This document shows, in pieces, positions 36,465 to 48,163 of a stretch of DNA of 64,000 nt. Position numbers and translations under genes: made by a program. The notes below the pieces were generated by a model. The model made no database searches. It saw nothing but the letters and a program-made list of their open reading frames with translations, and had not been told where the DNA came from. The stretch comes from Phyllosticta citribraziliensis. Its lineage: Eukaryota. Numbering within the stretch: the first letter of the stretch is position 1; each line of letters begins with the position of its first letter. The DNA is taken from positions 186,001 through 250,000 of the forward strand of contig NW_027117345.1 in the NCBI RefSeq assembly GCF_038025025.1, given 5' to 3'.

Positions 36465-39400
36465 TCTGTGTTTTCTTCTTTTCGTAATGCTTGATCGTTT
36501 TGGCCTTTTTTTAATCTGTCAAACGCTGGCGTCGAATGTGTTTGATGTTTGTTGCTGTACCTGTCCTTATGCTGCAGAGCCACAAGAGATGGATGACCGA
36601 CGGGAAAGACTGCGAGATGCACACACGAAAGGCGGATGTGTGAAGAGAAGGGAAACCGAGTCGAAAGAAGGAGGGGAAGAGGAAGAAGGAGAGGAAAACA
36701 GTGGCGTTGCAATTCCGACTTCTTTCACAAGAAGAGCTGACGCATTCACTTCCCCTCAATAGCTCACACTTTTGCCATAAGCCCTCCCAGCTCTACGTCC
36801 CATGCGGGGTGTAACCGATTTATTTGCCCAGCACGATGGCGGCGAGCTTTGCCGCTGCCAATAGCCTCATTGTGCGGTAGTCGGCTCTTTGTTCGTGCGG
36901 AAGACTCGGTGTGCGCTTCTAGGCGTCAATAGAGCTGATGTGCTGTTTGGCGAGCGCAGTCTTCTTTGTTGATAGGGGTGCTGACTTACGAGATGACGAG
37001 ATGTTTGGCAGACGACGCTCGCTGTAGAATAATCTGTGGTACCATCTCTAGTCGCTTCACTCTGCGGTGCTGCAGTCTGATGTCAAGGGTCCAAACATAA
37101 CCCAAACATTGAGGCTCGGCAATGAACGACCGCTCGTTAAGCGTGACTGTAGTAGTGCATGAACGCTCCTAGAGCGAAGCTCCAGCAGCGGATGAAGGCT
37201 CCCCAAGCGCTCTTCTCCTTCGACGCGTGATTTTTGAGCACCGTGACGGAGGTTTCGGAAACGCTGCTTCCAAAGAAGAGTAGAAAGGTCTCTTCAAGGA
37301 GAAATGAGAAATGAGAGCAATGACAGAGCGCCAACACAGGAAATATCATTGAGTACTTGCATGAGCCTGGCAGGAGGAACGTTTGCCATGTCTTCAGCGT
37401 TTCTTGAAGTTCCGCGAAAAGAACGGGTGACGAGAAAAAGAAGGGCGCGTCTAAGAATCACAAACCTTCCTCACCTAGATACACCTACAGCGTACTTGCA
37501 TCCATAATGTGCGGCGCTTTGTCTTACCAGAACACGTTCTCTTGTAGCAAAGACAACCAATTGGACTTGGCGCCGATGCCGGTCGCGTAGCCTCGCGTAG
37601 TTTACTCGAAAACATGTGCATGTGGCCCACCTTTAAGCCTGCGATAAAGACGCCCACACGAGCCTTGTAAGAAAGAATCCAGCACAGACAGTGCGGCGGA
37701 TAAATATCAGCAGTCCAAGATGCAAAGATTTTGCCAATGGAAGGTTATCCGAGCAGATGGATGCATGCCCGGTCCCGTTCCATACATGTATGGAGCAAGG
37801 AGGAGGCAGGGGCAGCAGTAAATGCGAGCTTCTAGACAACAAAGGGCATGGGGCAGATGGGCTTTGTTGCTGAGCTTGATTGACACCTTGGCTGTGGTGG
37901 TACATAGCTGGCTCCTGAAAAGGGACTTTTGCCGTGGCTGGATTCTGCACCTTTGTTTGACAGGTGGTGGACATTTTCGCTTGGTGGGTTCGTCGAGTTC
38001 CATGGCGGAGTGCCTTGGGACAACATGCGGGAAAAGAAAAGAAAAGAACGAGCCGCCAGGATACCTTCTGTACGTCCCTAGCGCATCTGATCGTCGTCGG
38101 CCGGCGGGCAGAGAAAAGGACTCCACCTTGATGGTCATCTTTCTTTTTTGGGGGCAGGCCTGGGCTACCCGCCTTGATCTCACACGTGGCCGGGCGCAAT
38201 GGGGCTTGCGTCAGCAATGGCGCACCAGGGGCGGAACGGGGAAGGGTGATGGGCACGTGTTGGTGATGTTGATAGGTCGCGGCGCTGAACATGCTGCACG
38301 CACGCTCGAGGCTTCAGCTGCGGCGTTGAGCAGATTGCTGTGAGACTCGAGCGCGTGGCTCTTGCAGGCTGACGGGTCGGCTGGCCGCTCCCCGATTGGA
38401 GTCGAGTGGGACGGACATGGTGTTGCTTATGGCTCTGCGAAGGGGGTTTGTCCCGATTGGTGGAAGGCCCAAGGGGCCAACGGGTGCTTGGAGGTGTGCG
38501 ACAGGGTTGGTGATGAGGGTCTCGGGCATGGCCGGGGGCTTGAGACAGTGATATGTATGATGTTTGCTTTTTGGCTGTGATTGATTAGCTCTGGCGTCAT
38601 GGTCGCGTGCGGCGGGTGGAACTGTTTCCCAAAAGGATGTGGAGGGTGGCGTAGGAATGTGACACAGCGTCGACGCGGTCCTTAGTCTGGAAGAGGTCCA
38701 GACAAAAGGGGACAGGTGAAGATGGGGATTGAGGCCCTGACAAGCGCGAGGAACACGGGCCGGCGTGGTTTGGAGGGCATGAGAGGGAGAGTTGTCCTCG
38801 TACCACTGAGAGAGAACAAGTCGTCAATGGGTGGTGGTGGTGGGGGTGAGCAGGGCTGACGGGACATGTTCTGGCGAGCTTCTAGAAGGCGACTAGGGAT
38901 GACGAGCAGATGGATCCCGGAGCAAGTTGCTTTTTGCCATGTGGTCTGCGGCAGGGGGACGGCGCATGCAGCATCTCTTCGTATTGACCTTGTCGCGGTG
39001 GTGGTGTCGGTTGTAATGAGTGACGATCTGGCGTCATGATTCTGGGTCTGGCGGTTGGGCCGACTAACGGACTGGCGAGGGAGGGGATGTCGATGGAGAT
39101 GGAGATTAGCGCGTCTCCCGGCCGGCGGCGGGCGCCAAAGAACGACGAGACAGACTGTTCCGTAAGACGAAAGCTTCCATGATGTCGGAAGGGGTGAGAA
39201 GCATTGGTTGGTGTTTGTCTCGCAAAAGACGGCTGACTCGGGGCAGCCCGCACGTGGGCCACCCGGCGACTCAGGTCAGGTCAGGTCGCTCTCCTTCCAG
39301 GTAGGTACGCTAAGTCAAGTGAAGTGAACTGGATGCCGACCACAACTACAGCTACAACATGAACACCATCGACATCGACTCGTCGGAGCAAGAGATGGAC

Positions 39401-39770
39401 TGATGCCAATCAACATGTAAACCCCATCTCCTCAGCGACGACCTCACCCCGTCTTCCACTCCCACTCGACGCCGCGTTCGCGCCTCGCCCTCGTCTGAAC
39501 CCCTGCAGCCCTCCACACGTTCCCAGTACTGGTAGGCCCACGAGCCAATGCGCCCTATAACCAAAGAACTATCCCTACCCGCTCCCGTCTTCATCAACAC
39601 CATCGCTCGACGCTTTCCTCCCTCGCCTCCACGCCGACCCCCCGCCCCGACGGCTTCCATCCACCTCCCTCACCTCACACCCTCCGCCAAGGGCTCCGAC
39701 GCCCCTCCTCGAATGCATCGCCCGTCTACCCCCCGCTCATGATTCCTGCCCCGACTGTGACGCCGTTTCA

Positions 39771-41788
39771 ATGGGCAATTCCAGCGGGAAGCCGGTAGTC
39801 TTCACAGACGAGGGTCCGTTTTCTCGTCCGTCTGTCCATCGACCGTCGCTGATCCTCATGTCGCCCAGTTAACCTGAACCACTTTCGACTCCTCCGCGTC
39901 GTCGGCAAAGGCGCCTTCGGCAAGGTCCGCATAGTCGAGCGCAAAGACACGGGCCTGACGTTTGCCCTCAAGTACATTCGGAAGGATGAGGGTTAGTCGG
40001 CCTGCATTCGTGCATCCCTGGCAGAAAACTGACGCCGTGTAACAGTGGTGCGCTCAGAGAGCGTGCGCAACATCATACGGGAGCGGCGGATGCTTGAGCA
40101 TCTCAACCATCCCTTCCTTTGTAACCTGCGCTACAGCTTCCAGGACATTGAATACCTGTGCGTCGTCCCTTCCGTCCCCGTGGCCCGCCCGCCTCGCTAA
40201 CCCACACCCCGCAGGTACATAGTAGTCGACTTGATGAATGGCGGCGACCTCCGCTTCCACATTTCCCGCAAGACCTTTACCGAAGACGCCGTCCGCTTCT
40301 GGATCGCCGAGCTGGGATGCGCTCTGCGATACATTCACAAGCAAGGAGTTGTGCATAGGGATGTCAAACCAGACAATGTCCTCTTGGACTCCGAAGGCCA
40401 TGTCCATCTTGCCGACTTTGTGAGACGACCCTAACCCCGTCAATGACTGAAGCTGACTTTCTAGAACGTCGCCTCCGACTTTACTCCTTCGAAACCGCTG
40501 ACCAGCAAGTCGGGAACGCTGGCATATCTCGCCCCGGAGGTCTACGAGGGCAAGGGCTACTCTTGCGAAGTCGACTGGTGGTCGCTCGGCGTCCTCTTTT
40601 ACGAGTGCATATACAACAAGGTACGTCCCACGGTGCCAGTACACGCGTGGAGCTAACGTCTAGCAGAGACCATTCGAGGCGCGGTCCCACGATGAGCTCT
40701 CCAACAAGATCCAAAAGGCAGACGTGCCATATCCCGTAACGAACCCCCCAGTCTCCATGCCATGTTTACACGCCATCAGCTCGCTCCTAGAGCGGGACAG
40801 AAGAAAGCGAATTGGCGCCGCCGGCTTTGGAACATTCACAGACAACCCTTTTTTCCGAGATCTCGACTTTGTTGCATTAGAACGCAAAGAGGTGGAGCCC
40901 GTCTTCACCCCGTCGAGCGACAAGACCAACTTTGACGCTACATATGATCTGGAGGAATTGTTGTTGGAAGAAGCGCCGCTCGAGGCTCGCGCAAGACGAC
41001 AAAAGCCACGCGAGGCCCTCAAGGAAGATGCGACTGAGCAAGAAATCCGGGCGGAGGAACTGCACAAGATGATCGAGACCTTGTTTGAGCCCTTCAACTA
41101 CACAACCGTGTCGGCGGAGCGCGCGCCACTAAACAAGGAGGCGGGAACGCCTACGTCGACGTCAGAAACCCCTGGATCGACCGACCTGCCACGTCCAGCG
41201 TCGTCTCGGGCTTGTGGTGAAGACACTGGAGGACACAAGTTGGTACCCACACTTACGAATCCTGGAGGCCACCACCACAGCAATCGCTCGCCATTGCAGC
41301 CCTCGTCACGATCGACTACGCAATCTCCCAACGGATCCCCGCCATTACCCTCGCACCTCACTGCCACGAGCGCACCGCATCAACACCCAACCCTACCACA
41401 CGACGACTATTTTGACAAACCGCCTGTCCCGCCGACAACGCCGCCCTCCTTTGCCCGCCACGTCCTTCCTGCCAACACGTCCAAACAACGCGGCAGCACG
41501 CGCAGCACCAGCATGGGCGGCGGCGTACAAGTCGTGCTCAACGAGACGGGGTCCTGGGCCGACATGGCAAACGCACTGTCGCCCAAGTCGATCCACAACA
41601 ACACGTCGCCGACGAGTAACAATGGAGCGACGACGGAGACGTCAGAGGCAGGTCAGCAGCAGCACCAACGGCCGTCGGGCATGCTCGGCTTTTTGAGCCG
41701 CAAAAAGGGCAGGGATCGGAGTCCCAAAGCGAAGGAGAGGGGCGTGCTTGGAAAGGAGGGCGCGAGAGTCATCATCAGCCAGGGATGA
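39771..41788 (+). CDS. AGC-group YANK/STK32-like Ser/Thr kinase; exons 39771-39813, 39869-39991, 40046-40157, 40215-40419, 40465-40620, 40667-41788
   Basis: MGNSSG myristoylation-type start, [25 protein letters not shown] (DFN in place of DFG is typical of YANK), GTLAYLAPE and [14 protein letters not shown]. Confidence 0.92.
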
Positions 41789-42865
41789 GAAGCGTTTGGA
41801 CTCTGACAGGCGACAAAGCATGTCGATGGGGCTTGCTTTCAGAGCAGCAGCAGCAGCGAAGCGGTGGCGGCGAAATACTAGCACGCCTTTTGATGACGAG
41901 AGCCTGGCCAAGCCACAACGAAAGGACGTGTTTTCTTTTGATTTTCTTGCTGTATTCCCTTTTTTGTTTCTCTTTTCAGTTCTTTTTGAATATTCCACCT
42001 TTGTCTGCCAGTCACCTCTTTTCTCCCTCTATCGTCTTCTTTATACTCTTGGTCGTTGTTGTATCTTTCTCTTGGCCACCCACGCACGCAGCACGCAGCA
42101 CGCAGCACGCGCAGCAGCACTCGCGTACTATTGAATGTTTGGCGCCTCCCCCACCACCATCCACCACACACCTACTACTTCTACCACCTGCCCGGAAGTT
42201 TGTAACGTCGAGCGAGCGAGCGAGCAAGCGGAGTCGAGAGGCCAATTTTTTTCTTTCCGTTTTTTTTGGTTGTTGTTCGTTTTGTCTTTTCCTTTGGTGT
42301 TGTTGTTGTTCTTCTTTTCGTTGCTGTTTTGGTTTGGCGCATGGGCGGGTGCAAGGACTGAGTGGCGAGCAGCGAGCAAGTGAGCGAGTGAGCAAGCAAG
42401 CGGATCAGAGCAGAGCAGAGCACTCGAGCCAGCTACATAGTACTTGAGCAATAGGTGGCAGTGGTGGGAGTAGGAGGCAAGGAAGGAGGCGCGACTGTGG
42501 ATGAGGTGAAGTGAAGTGAAGTTGTGCCGCTGGTAAGGAAGATTAGGATACGGGACAGATGGACAGAGAGGCCAGCTACCTACGCTTCAGTCAGACAGTC
42601 AGACAGTTAGTCAGGCAATTAGTCAGGCAGTCAGGCAGTCAGGCAGTCAGGCAGTCGGGCCAGCCAGTCTCTTGACGACACTGCTGGGCTGAAGGTACTG
42701 AAGGTATCACCGAACCAACAATGAGAAAGAAAGATGGAAAGTAGGAAGAAATAAAGGCGCCTACGTGATCTAAATGTCTGATATTGATGGTTCAGCGAGT
42801 GAACATCTCGCTCAGCACCGCAATTGAGGAGGGAACCAAAGGAAGGGGGAGAAGAGACTGGGAGT

Positions 42866-42898
42866 GCGGCTGCGGCTGCGGCTGCGGCTGCGGCTGCG
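42866..42898. repeat. (GCGGCT)n hexanucleotide repeat
   Basis: About five units seen directly. Confidence 0.9.
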
Positions 42899-43372
42899 AT
42901 GGTAGGTAGGTACGTACAGCAAAAAGAAATCATGTATACACACATACACACATACTCGTACCAGCTTTACCTTTACCATTTCAAATCTAAATACTTACTT
43001 ACTGCGTTTTATCTCTTCTTTCTTCAACAGCAACGGCGCGAGAAATCTTTCCTTCTCTTTCCCCCATCAATGACATGGAGAGGAGCTTATTCTCCAACAC
43101 AGACAGCTAGCTATCTTCATAAACAGGGGAGCATAGGAAGAAGAAAAAGAGAAGGAGAGGTCCGGCGGGCTGCATCTGCGTTGTACGGTATGTATAGGTA
43201 GGGTAGTCAGGCCGTAAGTAACCATCAGCGGCACACGTACCTGTAGTTCAAGAATTTATTCAGATGATTGTGACTCTCTCACTATCTCACCACCACAGCA
43301 CACTTACACAGTGACAGATAGCAGCGCGGTAACGAACAAAGCCAAGGAAGAGAGTGGGACGAAACCACATAT

Positions 43373-43373
<1 letters not shown>

Positions 43374-43425
<52 letters not shown>
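43374..43425. repeat. (CA)n microsatellite
   Basis: Uninterrupted CA run of about 26 units. Confidence 0.97.
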
Positions 43426-43427
<2 letters not shown>

Positions 43428-44088
43428 GTCCAAAGCCCAAAAAGATATACCACCGTCGAGAGTCGAGTCGACCACGGGTGGCTGACCACTGGCTGCACCA
43501 CGATGGACATTCGGACGTTTGGATGTTTGGACGTTTAGACATTTGGATGCTGAAGGGAGGGAGCGGCGGGTTGCGTCTATGGAGTGGGCAGGCAGGCAGG
43601 CAGGATGTAGGCAGGATGTAGGCAAGGTTGGTAGGGTTGGTGGGAAGAGGCGGATTTGACACGGCGACGCTGTTCTGCATCGAAATCCTGGTTGAGGGGG
43701 TTGCGGTGGTACATGTAGGCAAGTATTTTGGTATCTGGTGCTGTTCTCGACGACGACCACCACCACCACCACCATCCCATCATACGAAGGCGCCGTCCAA
43801 CGCGTCCACCTCGCCGACAAACGAGACGTGCCCCTCCCATCCAACAGCAACAGCAGCAGCAGCAGCAGCAGCCAAAAAGATGAAAAGGCGCTCAAAAGAG
43901 GCAACCAAACAGACACGCCAATCCCGCGCCGCGCTCCCACCACGCCCGCACAGAACAAACCATACGACAGGTGCCCAACGGAAGGAACCAAGCGAACAAA
44001 TGCAAGGGAAAACGACGGCCTTGGTCTGTCCCAACGTTCACATCCCATGTGCTCAGGGCACTCCAATCCAAACCCGAGTCGAGTACGC

Positions 44089-47000
44089 CTATCGCGCCCC
44101 ATTGACGACAGGCGCCGCGCCATCCGCCGACCACAGTCTCTCGCGCTCGTAAAAGACGAGGTACGCGTCCTCGCTCTGCAGGCGGTCGTTGCCGCGCATG
44201 GCGTCGGGCTGGAACTCGTGGACGCGCGCGTCGTTAAAGTTCCACCAGCAGCCGCGCGCCGTGTCCTTGAGGCACGCCGTGTAGTGGCCGCCGTTGAGCG
44301 CGCTGCCGTGGTGCCGCATGACGGCGTACGCGCCGTAGTGGTACGGCGGCGTCATGCGGTCGTCGGCCTTGAGGTTGCGCAGCGTCTCGGCCCCGTCGGC
44401 GCGCCGCATCAGGTGCTGCTCCTCGTCGCCCGTTAGCGGCGGCAGCACAAACGGCGATATGTCGAGCCCCGTCAGCGGAAACTCGATTCGCGTCCTGACT
44501 TTGCGCGCGCGTTCCGTGTGCGACGCGCTGAAGCGCTTGAAGTGGATTATGAGAAAGTGTGGTGCGCGGGTGATGGTGATCTTTTTGGTTGCTTCTCTTT
44601 CGGCTTTGCAGCGGGGACATCGCCATACTTCGTCGCCAGAGAGCCGCTCTTCAGCACAGTAGCTGCGTAGGCAGTCACGAATGTCGGCCGCGTGATTGTG
44701 GGGAATCTCAACGCTGATGCTGTAAAAGGTCTCGTAGGTCGTTGATGTATGACCGCATGTGAGGCAGCGAAGTCGCGAGAGATGCTGGCCGGCAAAGAGA
44801 TCACTGACAATCGAATACTCGCGCATGGACCAGCGTAGCCATTCGATATGTGCGACATATGCTTTGGGAAGCCGTTCCCTACGCGCCTCCTCATCTTCTG
44901 TCAGTGCTTGCGCTGGCGGATGTGCCCAGTTGACGTTGAGGTCCTCGTGTAACAGATCCAGGAGGAAGTCGAGATACTCCTTGGCGTCCTGCTGTCGGTC
45001 CAATCCCCATTCACGATTCATGCGAGCCGAAAGTTCACGCAAAGTCTTGGGCCGGACTGGTCCTGCGTTTTCTTGCCACAGATTTTGGACAAGGGTTGCG
45101 TACGTCTCGGCCATGAGACCACGCGAACCGCGCCAGTTTTGCCTCTGAATGAACGTCCCAAAAGTACCATCGCGGAAAACGCGCGTCAACGGGAGCGTTG
45201 CATTCAAGCACTGGATTGTGGCATTCATGTAGCAGGTAACGCCAAAGTTGATGAGACCGGTTCGGGGAAGGCGGAGATTCTGCGGAAGCTGACTAGGCGG
45301 AAAGTAGGAAGGCAGCTGTGAAGTCCGCTGAAGAACGACATGGTTTGCAGGATGGTTTCTGTCGTGGACCCCGCTATAGCTGACTCTTGGGGCGGCCGGC
45401 GCTGGTCGCGAGGGAATGGCAGGCACAGCGCCAGGATATTGGACTTGCTGTTCCAAGGGGCGAGGCGGTTTCGGCTGCGGTCGTGCTGGTATCCGTGGGG
45501 CACTCATGGATTGCGGTTCAATTGCCGATGCCTCGGGGAATCGCCGCATGAAATCCTCGGTGCTGCGGTAGTATGACATTTCCTCCTCTGTTGTCATTGA
45601 GGGATCAAATGCTGGACGTTCGCCCCTGGCCTTTTCCAAAAACTTCTTCTCCTCTTCGGCGTCCAAAGGATTGTAGTCAAATAGCTTCGGCGGCATGTAG
45701 TATCTCGGCCGCGCCACTGGTTTTCGTGCGGGCCGTGTAATTCTTCCGCTTTGCATGTCCGAGACAATCGATGCAGTTGCAGATGTTTTTAGCGCACCGG
45801 TTCCAAGTAGGTCAGCCCAGGCCTCGACTCCTCCCATTAGCAGTATCGGAGGCCTTTGCAGCGGCTTCTCCGCGTTGAATTCGTACAGCGCATCGTACAG
45901 ATATTTCAGGATCCACTCTTGAGAGGTTCGGCCATGCCTCGTCAGGAACGACGCGTCGGGGGTTGCTTGGTCGTAATAGACGACCAGGTCAAATTCGTCG
46001 CGCCGGTCAAACATTTCCTGCTCAACATCCGGGGAGAGTATGAGTGCTTCTGACAGCTCTTCTGCGGACATGTCGCGCCTCAATGCCGTGGATTCTATAC
46101 ACATGATTGATTTTCCATAAATGTGGCCGTCATCAAAATCTTGTCTGTTTCTAACGTCAATGAGCAGCACATTGAAGCGTCTAAGATAGTCGTAGAGCTT
46201 TTCGGAGCTAATTTGAAGTTCTCGAGGCCCGTGGACCGATTTTCTGCGCACGGCAGTTCCATTGTAGGATCCGGGAAAATACGAGTCCGAGGCGCCGTTA
46301 GTAGGGGGTGCACCAGACGGGCTCGAGGCGGGGATTGAGTTTTGGCGAGCCAGGCTCCGCGCAGTTGTTCGAGGAGGAATGATGTCCGCAGGTGTCTGCA
46401 TGTTGCGTGCCGGGCTGTACGTGGGACTTGGTTCCTTGGGCATAGAGGCTGGTAACCGTGTGTCGATGGGTATTTTCGGTGGAAGAGCGGGTAGTACGCC
46501 ATTTGGCATGGCTCGTGGCCCCATGACCCGCGAGGAGCCAGAGGGAACGTTTACAAAGTCCGTGTGTGAAGGCATCGTAATCGACGACGGTCTTGAAGAT
46601 GTATTTCCAACTCGGAGCCTGGCAAATCGCTCGCTCAGTGCATCGCCCTGGGTAGATAGCCCGTTGACTCCATTTTGCGGCGCGTGATATCGCGGGGAGT
46701 CTGACGGAGTAGATCTCCCGGAAATTGCTTCCGAGGTTGCTGAAGGGCGTCGTGTGTTGGGCATGCTTCCAGTGTCCAGGAACAATTCGTCGTGTGTCGA
46801 GTATCGCTGCGGTCTGTAGGGCGTGGTGCCAGATGCAAGCGCCGGAAGGCTCGTGTGGCGTGCTTGAATGTCCTTGGGAGCCAGCCGCGGCTGTGTACCG
46901 TTTCGTCTATTGTCGTTGACTATAATGTCCTTGACGCTAGTCATCTGGTCCGTCCACTGCTCGAGTTGCTGCATTTACTTAGTAACAATCTACAACAGGC

Positions 47001-47416
47001 CATTGTAGTCGCACCTTCATCAACGTCTTGTGCCTGTGGTATCTCGTCCCTCTGTCACCTTTGGCTATGGGCGCGTCTCGGTGTCGAGGGATCAGGTTGA
47101 AGACGATTTCGGAGGCCACAAGGAACTCGACATAGGCATAGTCTGGGCGGCGATATTCGAGCAGGGAGCCGACTTGTTTGGTGGATTGCTCGGCTAATAA
47201 GAGCAGGCGGTCAACCTATTGATTGGTTAGAGGGTCGTATCCTGGCTGCCAAAGACGCGGACATACCGTCGGAGGTGCGTCTCTCAGCCTATCCTCGGCG
47301 CGGGCTTTGAGGTCGTCGATGTGTAAGAGGGCTTTGTTCGGATTCGAGTGAAAGGGTCCATTGTCTCCGCGTGCACCTGCTGGCAAGCCGCTGGAGCTGG
47401 GACGGAAAGAGGTCAT
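44089..47416 (-). CDS. DOA4: Ubiquitin-specific protease with rhodanese domain, Doa4/USP8 type; exons 47416-47267, 47215-47015, 46968-44089
   Basis: Rhodanese LLIDVR..FDDGHI, Cys box GLINFGVTCYMNATIQCL, QQDAKEYL, His box GGHYTA and AYLVFYER. The N-terminal RRPDYAYVEF region resembles the USP8 N-domain. Confidence 0.88.
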
Positions 47417-48163
47417 GGTAGAGGTCGGAGGTTGTTGGGCACGCGCGCGAGGTATCAATGTCGGCGATTTATCGAGTTGGCATGTCGAGGGTAAGCGAGG
47501 GCAGCGAGGGTTTGTCTGGGGGAATGATGGAGTCGCGATGTGCGGTGAGGTCACGGTAAGCTGCAAGTCGGCAGCGGCGGTTCCAGGGCGAGTTTCGAGA
47601 GGCTAGGAGGGCGTGAAAGGCGGGAGAGGTGTGACGGGGCGGGAGGTCGCGGAGAGGAGGAGAGGCGATGTTGTCTAGTCGTGGGAGAGGTGAGAGAGGG
47701 CGATGGTGGTGATGGGAAGCTTCCAGGATGACGATGGACTGGACGGCGCAGACGCCACAGGTCAGTCGGGTGTGGCTCAGCAGATCAACTTGATGCACGT
47801 CGCCCCGCACAGGGCACGACGGCGGGCGCAGCACGGGGGTGCCGAATGAGAGGGCGACGATGGGGGGCAGTCTGCAGAATCATGACTTTGGCATGGTGTT
47901 TATTCCGCATGGCTGGCAGGCAGGCAGCAACATTGGAACATGTCCCGTCGTCCATGACCACGGCACACCTCAACCATGACGCCGCGCAAAACAAGCCGTC
48001 CGAGCTAGGGCCACACCGCCTTGGCTTACCCTACTGCACCTTACGTAGGTAGCTGACCGCCTGCCACCATACCGTACCGTTCCGTCCACATGCCAGCCCA
48101 AACCTCCACCATCTCCCAACTTTCTTCTCTTTGACTTGAGATACCCCTGCTTGCATCTTTACC

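Noticed and set aside
36780..37400. Possible RiPP precursor upstream of the DUF3328 gene
   Set aside because: No signal peptide plus repeated KR-flanked core in the frames I read, and trial spliced models gave no credible protein.
40411..40473. DFN instead of DFG, suggesting a pseudokinase
   Set aside because: DFN is the normal motif in YANK/STK32 kinases, and the catalytic Lys and HRD motif are intact.
41790..44088. Dense short tandem repeats that could suggest an array (CAGT/CAGG units, TTGGACGT-like units)
   Set aside because: Ordinary eukaryotic microsatellites in convergent 3' regions, without a repeat-spacer structure. Not CRISPR.
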